Of a stretch of 59,012 bases of DNA, positions 1 to 9,755 are shown one piece after another. Under the pieces are notes generated by a model that was not told the DNA's origin, made no database searches, and saw only the letters and a list, made by a program, of their open reading frames with translations. Position 1 is the first letter of the stretch, and every line of letters begins with the position of its first letter. Source of the stretch: Pseudomonadota bacterium (GTDB lineage Bacteria; Desulfobacterota; Desulfobacteria; Desulfobacterales; JBDRRP01); the NCBI GenBank assembly GCA_043825735.1, contig JBDRRP010000054.1, positions 1-59,012 on the forward strand. Direction: 5' to 3'. Position numbers and translations under genes: made by a program.

Positions 1-67
1 TCTGGATTGCCGCCAAGGCTACCTTGGCTTTGAACTCGGCACTGTGCGTTTTTCGTCTCTTCCCCAT
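1..67 (-). CDS. IS3-family transposase OrfA, N-terminal fragment
   Basis: Manual translation from ATG at 67 gives MGKRRKTHSAEFKAKVALAAIQ, the typical start of an IS3 OrfA HTH domain. GGAGG lies upstream. Not in the ORF track. Confidence 0.85.
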   Translation of the reverse strand, partial: MGKRRKTHSAEFKAKVALAAIQ

Positions 68-140
68 TGTCAGATCCTCCTTGGTTGAAGTGGTCTGACT
101 CTTAGCTTAGCACATTGTCCGAATTTCGGGGTCCACCGCA
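1..140 (-). mobile_element. IS3-family insertion sequence, left end (truncated by window edge)
   Basis: The minus strand begins 5'-TGCGGTGGACCCCGAAATTCGGACA at 140, a TG-starting end resembling IS3-family left inverted repeats. It is followed by a GGAGG RBS and the transposase start. Confidence 0.85.
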
Positions 141-1060
141 ATGTTGGTGGCGGCATCGAGGAGCGCATCCGGCGAGGGTTCGCCGGTGCGGCCCAGCAAT
201 CGGTTGACATCCTTGCCGGCGGTTGACGGGACCACCTGCATCAGTCCGAACGCAGGGGCGTGGCTGACGGCATAAGGGTTGAAATTGCTTTCCGTCTGGA
301 TGATGGCGAAAACCAGGTTGCCGCTGATTTTGAACCGCTGGGACTGGCGCTCGACAGAGGGCCGATATTTTCCGGCCCTGACATGCAGGTGGTCCTTTAC
401 CAAAGGAAAACTCACGGCATGGACCGATTTTTCTTTTCCTTGCACGGTTACCGTGCGCTGTGAAAGTCCGGAATGGATGAGATGCTCGGCGTAACGTTCG
501 GCCCGCCATGCCCACCGAATCGGTTTTCCCTCATGGTCGACAACTTCTTCGTATAAAAACGGGGTGTCCCCCAATTTGACCGGGGTGGCGTCATACATGT
601 CCACCGCGCGTGGGTCGTAAGGGGCTAAAAGCGTGGTGGTGATGGCACTCTTGAGGCTATCGGCAGGGTCTTCGGCTGCCACGGTCTCGACGGTGACGAC
701 TCCTTTGTCGAAGTCCACCAGCGCCCGCGACCGATAGTTTTGTGTGTATTTGACGTATTCTTTTTGTGTCGGCTCTCTGGCATCATCGCTGCCCCACTCC
801 CCGGCAACAGCTTTGCGAAACGCTTCGATGAGGCCGCCCAATCGCTTGAGATCGCGCTCCAGCGCCTTGGGGTTGGTGGCATAGCCGACCGCCTTGTCTG
901 CTGCCATTCGCTGGGCCGAGGCGACATCGCCCGTTACGGCGATCCGGCCCACTCGCACCATCTCACCCGGCGTGCAGGCGCCCAGCAGCATCAGCCCAAT
1001 GAGCCCCCAGGTGCGGCGCTTTACGGATTTGCAGCGCGTGCGGCGAAAAAACCGTGTCAT
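141..1060 (-). pseudogene. mltC: MltC-like membrane-bound lytic murein transglycosylase, C-terminally truncated by the IS3 element
   Basis: Lipobox LLGAC; MltC-like N-domain (YVKYT..Y.SR..VDF..G..TVET); SLT motifs IIQTESNFNPYAVS and GLMQVVP. After DAATNI the frame runs into the IS end and stops at 107. Confidence 0.8.
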
Positions 1061-1179
1061 GACGATACCATACGTCAAAATCGGTCGGTTTACAACGGAC
1101 CTTTTCCATCGACATTCCATTCTTGCCGTGATACTCACCCCACCTCTCAGTTTACGATAAACAGTTACAGGGACCGTGC

Positions 1180-2100
1180 ATGAATGCGATTGAAGACAGC
1201 CCCCGCCCGCTGGTATTCATCAAGTTGCTGCTGACCGCCATTTTCTGGGGAGGGACATTTATCGCAGGGCGTTTCGTGGCCGGGCACATGGGGCCGTATT
1301 CGGCGGCATTCTTACGGTTTCTGGTGGCTGGCGTCATTCTCACGGCGCTGGCCTGTCGAAACGGCTCGGGCGGTCTTAGGGTCAGGCGTGCCCAACTGCT
1401 GCCCTTGCTGTCGTTGGGCATGACCGGCGTGTTTGCCTATAATGTTTGCTTTTTTAGTGGACTCAAACTGCTCCATGCGGGTCGCGCGTCACTCATCATC
1501 GCCACCAATCCGGTATTCATTTCGTTGTTGTCTTGCGTGATCTTCAAGGAGTCCCTCTCGCGGCGCGGCATTCTAGGCATTCTGCTTTCCGTGGCCGGTG
1601 CCGTCGTGGTCATTACCCGCGGTGACCTGCCATCCATACTGGCTGGTGGCGTGGGGCGGGGCGAAGCTTATATTTTTGGCTGTGTTTTGAGCTGGGTGGC
1701 ATATTCACTCATCGGAAAGGCCGCCCTGAAAGGACTGACGCCACTTGTGGCAGTGACCTACTCGGCAATATTCGGTGCCGGTTTTCTTCTGGTACCGGCT
1801 CTGGGCGAAGGGCTCCTGGCCGATATGGGGGGATTTGGAACCGGGGACTGGATCGCCATCGGCTATCTCGGTGTCTTCGGCACTGTCCTGGGGTTCGTGT
1901 GGTACTATGAAGGCATCAAGGCCATCGGTCCCAGCCGGGCCAGCCTGTTCATCAATTTTGTCCCGATCAGCGCGGTAATACTGGCGTTCCTCATTCTGAA
2001 CGAGCCCATTACCCTGTCGCTGGTGGTCGGCACGATCATGGTGACATCAGGCGTCACCTTGAACCACCTCGCTGCCGCGCAGCGAAGAGTTGCGTCTTGA
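1180..2100 (+). CDS. DMT/EamA family transporter
   Basis: About 10 hydrophobic helices; FWGGTF start; two EamA-like repeats. Confidence 0.9.
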   Translation: MNAIEDSPRPLVFIKLLLTAIFWGGTFIAGRFVAGHMGPYSAAFLRFLVAGVILTALACRNGSGGLRVRRAQLLPLLSLGMTGVFAYNVCFFSGLKLLHAGRASLIIATNPVFISLLSCVIFKESLSRRGILGILLSVAGAVVVITRGDLPSILAGGVGRGEAYIFGCVLSWVAYSLIGKAALKGLTPLVAVTYSAIFGAGFLLVPALGEGLLADMGGFGTGDWIAIGYLGVFGTVLGFVWYYEGIKAIGPSRASLFINFVPISAVILAFLILNEPITLSLVVGTIMVTSGVTLNHLAAAQRRVAS

Positions 2101-2214
2101 CTAATGCGGGGGGGTGGTTCATTTTGGGGCTACTGTTGAACGGGCGGGCATATTCACGGCCGAATGAGCATGCTATTGCAAAAACACAGCACCCAGCAAC
2201 ATCCGGAGCAGCGC

Positions 2215-3093
2215 ATGAAAGGAAGAGACGGCAAAATCGGCAGAAACGACCCCTGCCCCTGCGGCAGCGGGCAAAAATATAAGAAATGCTGCGAGAAAAA
2301 GGGACTGCCCATAGCCACCCTTCGCGCCCAGTATGAAAAACATTACAAAATCAGGTTCAAGGAACCCAATGACGTCGCGGCCATTCGTGCGGCCGGGCGC
2401 CTGGCACTGGATACTCTGGAGATGGTCGCCGCCGAGTTGCGAGCGGGTATGACGACCGACGAAATCAATACCCTGGTTCACGATTTTACCGTTTCTCACA
2501 ATGCGAGACCGGCACCACTGAATTACCGCGGTTTTCCAAAAAGCGTGTGCGTATCCGTCAACGAGGAAATCTGCCACGGCATCCCCGGACCGCGCGTGCT
2601 TCAGGACGGCGACATTGTCAATGTGGATGTGACCCCCGTGCTCGCCGGCTATTACGCCGACTGCAACCGGACGTTTTTTGTGGGAGACCCCAGCCCGGAC
2701 GCCCGCAAACTCGTTGACATCACCCTGGAGTGCCTGCGCCGTGGCATCGCCATGGTCGCGCCCGGAAACACGCTGGGCGATATCGGCTGGGCCATTCAGG
2801 AGCATGCCGAAAGCCACGGCTGCTCGGTGGTGCGCGAGTTCGTCGGCCACGGCGTTGGCTTCGACTTTCACGAGCCGCCCCAGGTGATGCACTATGGCAG
2901 AAAGGGCAGCGGACTGACCCTGCTGCCCGGCATGGTGTTCACCATAGAGCCTATGATCAACCTCGGAGATCGCCACCTGCACCTTCTGGACAACGAGTGG
3001 ACCGCCATCACCAGCGACGGTTCCCTGAGCGCCCAGTTCGAGCAGACCGTGCTGGTGACGGAGGTGGGCGTGGAAAGCCTCACGCCTTACTGA
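2215..3093 (+). CDS. map: Type I methionine aminopeptidase with N-terminal SEC-C zinc motif
   Basis: GRNDPCPCGSGQKYKKCC (SEC-C) followed by Map motifs SVNEEICHGIP, DVT, GHGVG..FHE, FTIEPMIN and SAQFEQT. ATG at 2215 has GGAG upstream. Confidence 0.92.
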   Translation: MKGRDGKIGRNDPCPCGSGQKYKKCCEKKGLPIATLRAQYEKHYKIRFKEPNDVAAIRAAGRLALDTLEMVAAELRAGMTTDEINTLVHDFTVSHNARPAPLNYRGFPKSVCVSVNEEICHGIPGPRVLQDGDIVNVDVTPVLAGYYADCNRTFFVGDPSPDARKLVDITLECLRRGIAMVAPGNTLGDIGWAIQEHAESHGCSVVREFVGHGVGFDFHEPPQVMHYGRKGSGLTLLPGMVFTIEPMINLGDRHLHLLDNEWTAITSDGSLSAQFEQTVLVTEVGVESLTPY

Positions 3094-3143
3094 TCATTCG
3101 ACTCTGATTTCAGACTGATAGCGGCCTTTACCACAACACCAAT

Positions 3144-3228
3144 GAACCACGAAGACCACGAAGGCCACGAAGGCCACGAAGCAATGATACAAGTGAACTG
3201 ATTTGCCTCTTCGTGAACTTCGTGGTTC
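3144..3228. repeat. Palindromic element, CACGAAG subfamily
   Basis: Left arm has four CACGAAG units at a 9-nt period (3144-3181). Right arm CTTCGTGAACTTCGTGGTTC (3209-3228) is its inverse. Confidence 0.85.
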
Positions 3229-3252
3229 TCTTATTGATGGAACCGGATAACC

Positions 3253-3930
3253 TTGAAAAACTATCTTCAACCCACGGCCATTATCGACAGCGATCACCCT
3301 GACGTCGTCCAGTTTGCGGCGGCCACCACAGCACAGTGCGGCAAAGATCCGCGAAGTGTGGCCGTGGCGCTCTACAACGCCGTGCGCGACACGATCCGCT
3401 ACGATCCATACTCACCTTTCTTTTTGCCGGCGCATTATCGGGCCAGCGAGACACTCAGAAAAAAGGTGGGGTTCTGCATTCCCAAATCGGCACTGCTGTG
3501 TGCGCTGGCGAGGGCGCGCGGCATCCCGGCCCGCATCGGGTTTGCCACGGTACGTAACCACCTGGCCACCCGTCAGCTCATCGCGTTTCTGGGCTCCGAC
3601 CGATTCGTCTATCACGGCTATGCGGAGCTATTGCTCGGCGGGCGATGGGTGAAAACCACACCGGTGTTCAATGCCGACCTGTGCGCGCGGTTTCAGGTGC
3701 CGCCACTGGATTTTGACGGCGAGCACGACGCCGTATTCCAGCCGTTCAATGCCGAAGCGCAGCCCTTCATGGAGTATCTGGCCGATTACGGCACCTTTGC
3801 CGACGTGCCGGTGGACGCCATCGTGGCTGCCTGGACCGAGGCCTACGGCGCGGTCCGGGTGACGGCCTGGATTGACGCCTACAATGCCGGCGGTTCGTGC
3901 AGGGATTTCGCTTCCGAGGATGTTGCCTGA
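3253..3930 (+). CDS. Transglutaminase-like domain protein
   Basis: LYNAVRD.IRYDPY, GFCIPKS (catalytic Cys), GIPARIG and HGYAE motifs. TTG start. Confidence 0.85.
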   Translation: MKNYLQPTAIIDSDHPDVVQFAAATTAQCGKDPRSVAVALYNAVRDTIRYDPYSPFFLPAHYRASETLRKKVGFCIPKSALLCALARARGIPARIGFATVRNHLATRQLIAFLGSDRFVYHGYAELLLGGRWVKTTPVFNADLCARFQVPPLDFDGEHDAVFQPFNAEAQPFMEYLADYGTFADVPVDAIVAAWTEAYGAVRVTAWIDAYNAGGSCRDFASEDVA

Positions 3931-3956
3931 TCGCCTCGAGGCCAAAGAACTTAATC

Positions 3957-4420
3957 CTCACGCAACGGCGCAACGACGCCACGACAGGAAAAAGTGATCC
4001 ATGACAGAGAATGAAATCGCAAAGCAAGTTATGGATGCTGCGTTTCTTATCCACCGGGCTCTTGGGCCGGGTTTGCTGGAGACGGTTTATGAAGTCATTC
4101 TTGCGAAGAAATTGAGCGAAATGGGTGTGTCGGTTGAACGGCAAATTTCAGTCCCGATTCAATTTGAAAACGTCAAATTTGATGAGGGATTTCGAGCTGA
4201 TTTGATTGTGGAGAAAAAGGTCATCGTGGAGTTGAAGTCTGTGGAACGGCTACAACCGGTTCATTCTAAACAACTTTTGACGTATCTTCGTCTAACCGAT
4301 TTGCGTCTGGGGCTTCTGATCAATTTCGGAGAGAACCTTCTCAAGCACGGTTTTAAGCGCGTGGTTAACGGTCTGAAAGAACGATAAATATTCCGTTGCG
4401 TCGTAGCGGCGTTGCGTGAG
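3957..4420. mobile_element. Putative GxxExxY cassette bounded by 27-bp inverted repeats
   Basis: 3957-3983 CTCACGCAACGGCGCAACGACGCCACG and 4394-4420 CGTTGCGTCGTAGCGGCGTTGCGTGAG are 24/27 complementary. They tightly enclose one visibly AT-richer gene. Mobility is inferred; no target duplication seen. Confidence 0.6.
4001..4387 (+). CDS. GxxExxY protein (PD-(D/E)XK nuclease superfamily)
   Basis: LGPGLLETVY signature, RADLIVEKKVIVELK (D..ExK), QLLTYL and GLLINFG motifs. Confidence 0.93.
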   Translation: MTENEIAKQVMDAAFLIHRALGPGLLETVYEVILAKKLSEMGVSVERQISVPIQFENVKFDEGFRADLIVEKKVIVELKSVERLQPVHSKQLLTYLRLTDLRLGLLINFGENLLKHGFKRVVNGLKER

Positions 4421-4462
4421 ACCGTTTTTTACAAGGATGAACAGGAAACAATGGAGGCGACA

Positions 4463-4858
4463 ATGGATCTGAAAAGCTATTTCGAAACAAACCGGGGGAC
4501 CGGTGTGATGGCCACCGCCGATGCCGACGGCAAGGTGGACGCCGCCATCTACTCGCGGCCGCACTTTCTCGATGACGGCACCATCGCCTTTATCATGCGC
4601 GACCGGTTGACGCATCACAACCTCCAAACCAATCCGCATGCCACGTACCTTTTTATCGAAAACCGACCCGGCTACCGGGGCAAGCGCCTTTTTCTCACCA
4701 AAACCCGCGAAGAAAAGGGCGGCGAGACCCTGCGCAGGCTCCACCGCCGCTCGTCCCGGTCAGAGGACAACCAGACCGAGGCGGATATGTTCCTGGTGTA
4801 TTTCAGAATCGACAAGGAATTGCCGTTGATCGGCGCCGGTGGGACAACGATAGACTGA
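4463..4858 (+). CDS. Pyridoxamine 5'-phosphate oxidase family (FMN-binding split barrel) protein
   Basis: GVMATADADGKVDAAIYSRP and THHNLQTNPHA motifs. ATG at 4463 follows GGAGG. Confidence 0.8.
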   Translation: MDLKSYFETNRGTGVMATADADGKVDAAIYSRPHFLDDGTIAFIMRDRLTHHNLQTNPHATYLFIENRPGYRGKRLFLTKTREEKGGETLRRLHRRSSRSEDNQTEADMFLVYFRIDKELPLIGAGGTTID

Positions 4859-4949
4859 TTGCCGCCAGTTTCGTCAAGGCTTCGGGCATGCATGAATCCG
4901 CCCGTGGGCACACCACAATGAAACTATGGGGGATTGTGCGTCACCCGAT

Positions 4950-5423
4950 TTATACGAGAGATTTCTTGAAAATGCGGCAGTAGATATCGGACATGTAAAT
5001 GACGCCGATCGGGCGGTTATTTTCCAATACCGGCAAACGTCGGTACTTATGTTTAATCATGCGATCCAAAATCACCATAATGTGTTCATCACCGGAAGCA
5101 CCGACCACGGTTTTGCTCATGACCTGCTTCACTTTCTTATCGTTCAGGATATCGATGCAGTTTTTGAGCTGGCCGGACCAGGATAATTGGTCTGCGCTAA
5201 TGCCATAATTAAGAAATTCCGGCCGAAGATGGTACAGTATGTCATACATCGTTACCACCCCGGCCAGATGTTTGTATCCGTTCACAACCACAAGGCTGAT
5301 CGACTTGTATCCGGTCTCTCTCACCTTGCCATTTAAAATCAATTGGATCGCTTCTTTAACAGGGGCATTTTCATGAACCTTTTCAAAGGACGCTACCATG
5401 ATGTCTTTTGCATATACTGTCAT
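4950..5423 (-). CDS. CBS domain-containing protein
   Basis: AKDIM...LAGVVT..DI and VKQVMS...RRLPV...IGVI..SDI form a CBS pair. Confidence 0.85.
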   Translation of the reverse strand: MTVYAKDIMVASFEKVHENAPVKEAIQLILNGKVRETGYKSISLVVVNGYKHLAGVVTMYDILYHLRPEFLNYGISADQLSWSGQLKNCIDILNDKKVKQVMSKTVVGASGDEHIMVILDRMIKHKYRRLPVLENNRPIGVIYMSDIYCRIFKKSLV

Positions 5424-5618
5424 GATTTCCTCCCAAAAAACGAGTCGCTCTGCCTCGGACCGAATGAAATGGTACTATTTGCTGAACAACCACTGCCTGT
5501 AGGACTGACCGCCACTGACCTGAACACGAAGGATCATTATAGATTTAAACCGGCATCGTACGCCGTTTTCTTGACCACCTGACAGCCGGAGGAACGGGTT
5601 ATCCCGGTGGCGGTGACA

Positions 5619-5927
5619 CTAATCGTAAGAGTAAACCTTGTACTCCGTGGGCGTGCCGATAACGGCATCAACCTTGCCCTCGAGATTCGCTCTTTTTTCA
5701 TTCTCAAACCACCGTTGCCAGTCTTCAATCGACTTCCAGGTGCTGATCACCAGGTATTCATAGGGGTCTGCCACGTTGCGCATGGTCTCGCCGGAAATAT
5801 ATCCCGGCTGCTGGAAAGCCATGGTTCTTAGCTCGGTTAACATCGGGACCAGTTGGGGCAACAGGTCTGCTTCCATCCCGCCGAAGAGACGAGGCATTTT
5901 TCTGGTCATTAGGACGCGTATCGACAT
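5619..5927 (-). CDS. Antibiotic biosynthesis monooxygenase (ABM) family protein
   Basis: QPGYISGET...YLVISTW.S.EDW..W motif; GGAGG RBS. Confidence 0.85.
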   Translation of the reverse strand: MSIRVLMTRKMPRLFGGMEADLLPQLVPMLTELRTMAFQQPGYISGETMRNVADPYEYLVISTWKSIEDWQRWFENEKRANLEGKVDAVIGTPTEYKVYSYD

Positions 5928-5963
5928 TATCCCTCCAATAAATTTCAGCGGTGCACCCGCCCG

Positions 5964-7259
5964 TCACATTAAAAGGTTTTTCAGTGTCAGCAAAACGCCA
6001 GCGGCCACTGCCGATCCAATTACACCGGCAACGTTGGGTCCCATAGCGAACATCAAGAGCATGTTTTCGGGATCCGCCTCGATTCCCAGTTTTTGACTGA
6101 CCCGAGCAGCCATGGGTACTGCGGATACGCCAGCCGAACCGATGAGCGGATTGATTTTGTTTTCAGATACCAGGTTCAACAGTTTAGCCATCAATATCCC
6201 GGATGCCGTACCGATGCTGAACGCAATCGCCCCAAGAAGTAAAATGCCCAGTGTTTCCAAATTCAGAAAACTTTGGGCGGATAAACGAGAACCGACGCCC
6301 AGCCCAAGAAAGATCGTGACGATGTTGATCAGGGCGGATTGCGTTGTTTTGGATAGACGTTCCACGACACCGCACTCTCGCATGAGGTTGCCGAACATGA
6401 AAAATCCGATGAGCGGCGCTGCCGAAGGCAGCAAAAACATACACAAAGACAGAACCATCAGCGGGAACACGATTTTTTCCACTTTGCCCACATAACGGAG
6501 CTGTTGCATGCGGATTTTCCGCTCCGCGGGGCTGGTCAATGCGCGCATGATCGGCGGCTGGATAATGGGAACCAGGGCCATGTAAGAATATGCCGCCACA
6601 GCGATGGCGCCGAGCAGGTTCGGGGACAGTTGGGATGCCAGAAATATGGCCGTCGGTCCGTCCGCGCCGCCAATAATCCCGATGGAGGCGGCATCGAAAA
6701 TGTCAAAATTAATTCCCGGAACGATATCCGATAGTACCAATGCACCGATGAGGGTGGTGAAGATGCCGAACTGGGCGGCTGCCCCAAGCAGGACCGTCTT
6801 TGGATTGGCGATCATGGGGCCGAAGTCGGTCATCGCGCCAACCCCCATGAAAATGATCAGCGGGAAGACGCCTGTTTTGATGCCGATCTGATAAACATAA
6901 TAGAGAATGCCTCCTGGGTCGTTAATGCCTGCCAGTGGAATATTCGATAAAACACACCCGAAGCCCATGGGCACAAGAAGCAAGGGCTCGAACCCCTTGC
7001 GGATGGCTAAAAACAGCATCAGCAAGCCGACCCCGACCATGAGGAGGCTGCCGATGCCATCCGTCCATCGGCCTGATAAGGGGAAGATATATCCGAAAAT
7101 ACCCGTTGACTTGAGAAACTCGGCAACCATCAGGCCCATGGGCGCCATGGTTTTTGAAGGGGTGCTGTTGGGCGTCATCTGGCCTCCGGCCAAAACGACA
7201 GCGGACACGCAGAGCACCAACATGAGGGTGAAACCGATCCATAGCGACTTTTTTCGCAT
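5964..7259 (-). CDS. oadB: Na+-transporting decarboxylase beta subunit
   Basis: [40 protein letters not shown] and AMGPNVAG motifs. Confidence 0.95.
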   Translation of the reverse strand: MRKKSLWIGFTLMLVLCVSAVVLAGGQMTPNSTPSKTMAPMGLMVAEFLKSTGIFGYIFPLSGRWTDGIGSLLMVGVGLLMLFLAIRKGFEPLLLVPMGFGCVLSNIPLAGINDPGGILYYVYQIGIKTGVFPLIIFMGVGAMTDFGPMIANPKTVLLGAAAQFGIFTTLIGALVLSDIVPGINFDIFDAASIGIIGGADGPTAIFLASQLSPNLLGAIAVAAYSYMALVPIIQPPIMRALTSPAERKIRMQQLRYVGKVEKIVFPLMVLSLCMFLLPSAAPLIGFFMFGNLMRECGVVERLSKTTQSALINIVTIFLGLGVGSRLSAQSFLNLETLGILLLGAIAFSIGTASGILMAKLLNLVSENKINPLIGSAGVSAVPMAARVSQKLGIEADPENMLLMFAMGPNVAGVIGSAVAAGVLLTLKNLLM

Positions 7260-7274
7260 TTTTGGCGCCTTTGC

Positions 7275-9080
7275 TCAGGAAAGTGTTGCGACCAGTTGTC
7301 GGGGTCTCACGACCTGGTCTTTTTCCACATCAATGCTGAACACTTTGCCGTCACAAGGGGCAACAACAGGTGTTTCCATTTTCATGGCTTCAAGAATCAT
7401 CAATGTTTCGCCTTTTTCTACGCGATCACCGACAGCGATAAAAATTTCGTACACAATGCCCTGCAATTTGGCCTCGACTTCAACCAACTTATTCGGTTTG
7501 GGCGCAACGTCAGCAGCGGCAGCCGGCTTGATTTCGGTCACCTCACCGGAGGCCGCCGCGACCGTAACCTGATACGCTTTGCCTTCAACCGTGATCGTGT
7601 AATCGGTGGGTCCGCTTTGCGGCAGGGGTGCCGGAGATGGCGGCACCGAATTCGGGGTGTCGGCCGCTTTGATTTCGTCGGTCACTTTACGGACATTGAT
7701 GGGCTTTTTTCCATTCAGAAAATCGAGGCCCTTGTTGCCTCCGGGGGTCGCCAGGGCGCCGACGATAAAGATGTTTTCGTCGGTGACCGGCAGATGTTCC
7801 TTTTGGAGGATGGCTTTGGCCTTTGGAATCCCGGGCTCAAGGGTATCGAGCGGATCACCTGTAAACACCGGTTTTCCGAGCTGCTCTTGCGCGATCCGGA
7901 CAATTTCAGGATCCGGCGGCACCGGGGTCCGGCCGAAATAGCCCAGCACCATTTTGCCGTAACCATCGGTTATTTTTTTCCAGGGGCCCTGGGTTACGTT
8001 GGTATAGGCCTGCTGGAAATAAAATTGGGATACCGGAGTTACCGAGGTGCCGAAACCGCCCCTGGCGACACATTCGGACATGGCCGCGATGACCTCTGGA
8101 TAGAGATGAAGCGTACCGGTGTCGCGCATCATCATGGTGTTGGCCGTCAATGCGCCGCCGGGCATGGGCGAGAGGATGACTTCGGATGAAACCTTTTGCG
8201 CTTCCGGAGGGAAAAAATAGTCTTTGAGGCAATCCTGAAGCACCAGATTGGCCTCCATAACTTTAGTGACATCGATATCCAGAAAATAATCGGTGCCTTT
8301 GAGAGCATGCCACAGAGATAGTATGTCCGGTTGGCACGTGCCGCCGGACAAGGGCGAGCGTGCAAGATCGACCCCGTCGCAGCCAGCCTCGATGGCGGCT
8401 TTGTACTGGGTAATTCCCACCCCGGCGGTTTCATGAGAATGAAACCATATCAGCGCTTCGTCGCCCAAAAGCGCGCGCGCGGCCTTGATGGTTTCATAGA
8501 CCTTTCGTGGGTTGCTGGTTCCTGACGCATCTTTGAAGCATACGGAATCATAGGGCAATCCCGAATCGAGGATTTCCTGCAGCGTTTTGATATAAAACGG
8601 TGCATCATGCGCGCCGCTGCAGCCCAGCGGCAGCTCCATCATGGTAACCGATACCTGATGGTGCAGTCCGGCATTCTTTATACACTCACCGGAGTAGATA
8701 AGATTGCGAACATCGTTTAAGGCATCGAAATTTCGGATGTGGGTCATGCCGTGTTTTTTAAACATCTTGGCGTGAAGATCGATCATGTCCCGGGGCTGGG
8801 CAGACAGGGCCACCACGTTGATTCCGCGGGCCAGCGTCTGAAGATTCACGTTCGGACCAGCCGCCGCACGGAAGCGATCCATCATGTCAAAAGCGGATTC
8901 ACCGCAGTACATGAAAAGCGCCTGAAAACGGGCACCGCCGCCGGCTTCCATGAACTCGATGCCGGCATGAACAGCCGCTTCCACTGCAGGAATGAAATCA
9001 TCTGTCAGTGCCCTGGCGCCAAATACGGATTGAAACCCATCGCGCAGCGAGGTATCCATAAATTGAATTTTTTTCTTCAT
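7275..9080 (-). CDS. oadA: Oxaloacetate decarboxylase alpha subunit (carboxyltransferase plus biotinyl domain)
   Basis: DTSLRDGFQS, FKDASG, HSH and MPGG motifs; C-terminal EAMKM biotinylation site. Confidence 0.92.
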   Translation of the reverse strand: MKKKIQFMDTSLRDGFQSVFGARALTDDFIPAVEAAVHAGIEFMEAGGGARFQALFMYCGESAFDMMDRFRAAAGPNVNLQTLARGINVVALSAQPRDMIDLHAKMFKKHGMTHIRNFDALNDVRNLIYSGECIKNAGLHHQVSVTMMELPLGCSGAHDAPFYIKTLQEILDSGLPYDSVCFKDASGTSNPRKVYETIKAARALLGDEALIWFHSHETAGVGITQYKAAIEAGCDGVDLARSPLSGGTCQPDILSLWHALKGTDYFLDIDVTKVMEANLVLQDCLKDYFFPPEAQKVSSEVILSPMPGGALTANTMMMRDTGTLHLYPEVIAAMSECVARGGFGTSVTPVSQFYFQQAYTNVTQGPWKKITDGYGKMVLGYFGRTPVPPDPEIVRIAQEQLGKPVFTGDPLDTLEPGIPKAKAILQKEHLPVTDENIFIVGALATPGGNKGLDFLNGKKPINVRKVTDEIKAADTPNSVPPSPAPLPQSGPTDYTITVEGKAYQVTVAAASGEVTEIKPAAAADVAPKPNKLVEVEAKLQGIVYEIFIAVGDRVEKGETLMILEAMKMETPVVAPCDGKVFSIDVEKDQVVRPRQLVATLS

Positions 9081-9227
9081 GACCGCTCACAATCTCCAAA
9101 TTGGGGTGAATAATTGAAAGGTCCCCCGTAATAAATCGGAAGTTTTTGAACTGCGTAGACAATTATCGCAGTTGCGGGAAATGCCCTATAGGTCCTGTCC
9201 AAATCTGACGCGTTTCTTTCCGGTGCG

Positions 9228-9476
9228 TCATGCCCGAGCACGGTGCGCTGCAATGGCGGCGGAAATAATGGCCACCAGAACGCCCTCTTCTGTTGCCGGT
9301 GCGGGTCTTTTTCGCTGTCGCTGCTGTTGTTCGGTTGCCTCCATTTTGGCAAGCTCCCGCTCGCTCGCTGAAGCCAACAGCTTATAACAAATTTGCATAA
9401 GCAGCATCAGCAGGAGGAGAAAAAGAATTACAACGCCCATCCCCAGAACAGTCAGCTTGAGTCCGGCAATAATCAT
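9228..9476 (-). CDS. oadG: Decarboxylase gamma subunit (OadG family)
   Basis: N-terminal TM helix LGMGVV..FL and C-terminal VAIISAAIAAH; lies upstream of oadA. Confidence 0.88.
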   Translation of the reverse strand: MIIAGLKLTVLGMGVVILFLLLLMLLMQICYKLLASASERELAKMEATEQQQRQRKRPAPATEEGVLVAIISAAIAAHRARA

Positions 9477-9570
9477 CCTTCAGTCCTAAATTTGATCATA
9501 GACATTTCACCGCAACCATAAATCTAATCGGAAAACCCTAAAATGCTATACTCGATTGTACCGGTAAACA

Positions 9571-9590
9571 AAATCAAAAATTTTTGATTT
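9571..9590. promoter_or_regulatory. Perfect 20-bp palindrome, candidate operator
   Basis: AAATCAAAAA-TTTTTGATTT in the divergent intergenic region upstream of oadG. Confidence 0.4.
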
Positions 9591-9755
9591 GCCTTGGCCA
9601 TTGGGTTGTAGGATGGTTACCATACCATTACGGCTTCTTGGCGTGATGCTGGACTGTTCGGTTTGACGACATAACACACCGTTATTTCAGCTATTATCCA
9701 ACAATTAGCCGCCCAGAGCGTTTTTGCCGCCAAGTGCAGAAAGACTGCGGGGACC

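Noticed and set aside
3951..4426. Target-site duplication around the GxxExxY cassette
   Set aside because: The flanks (TTAATC and ACCGTT) are not duplicated, so DDE-type insertion is not supported.
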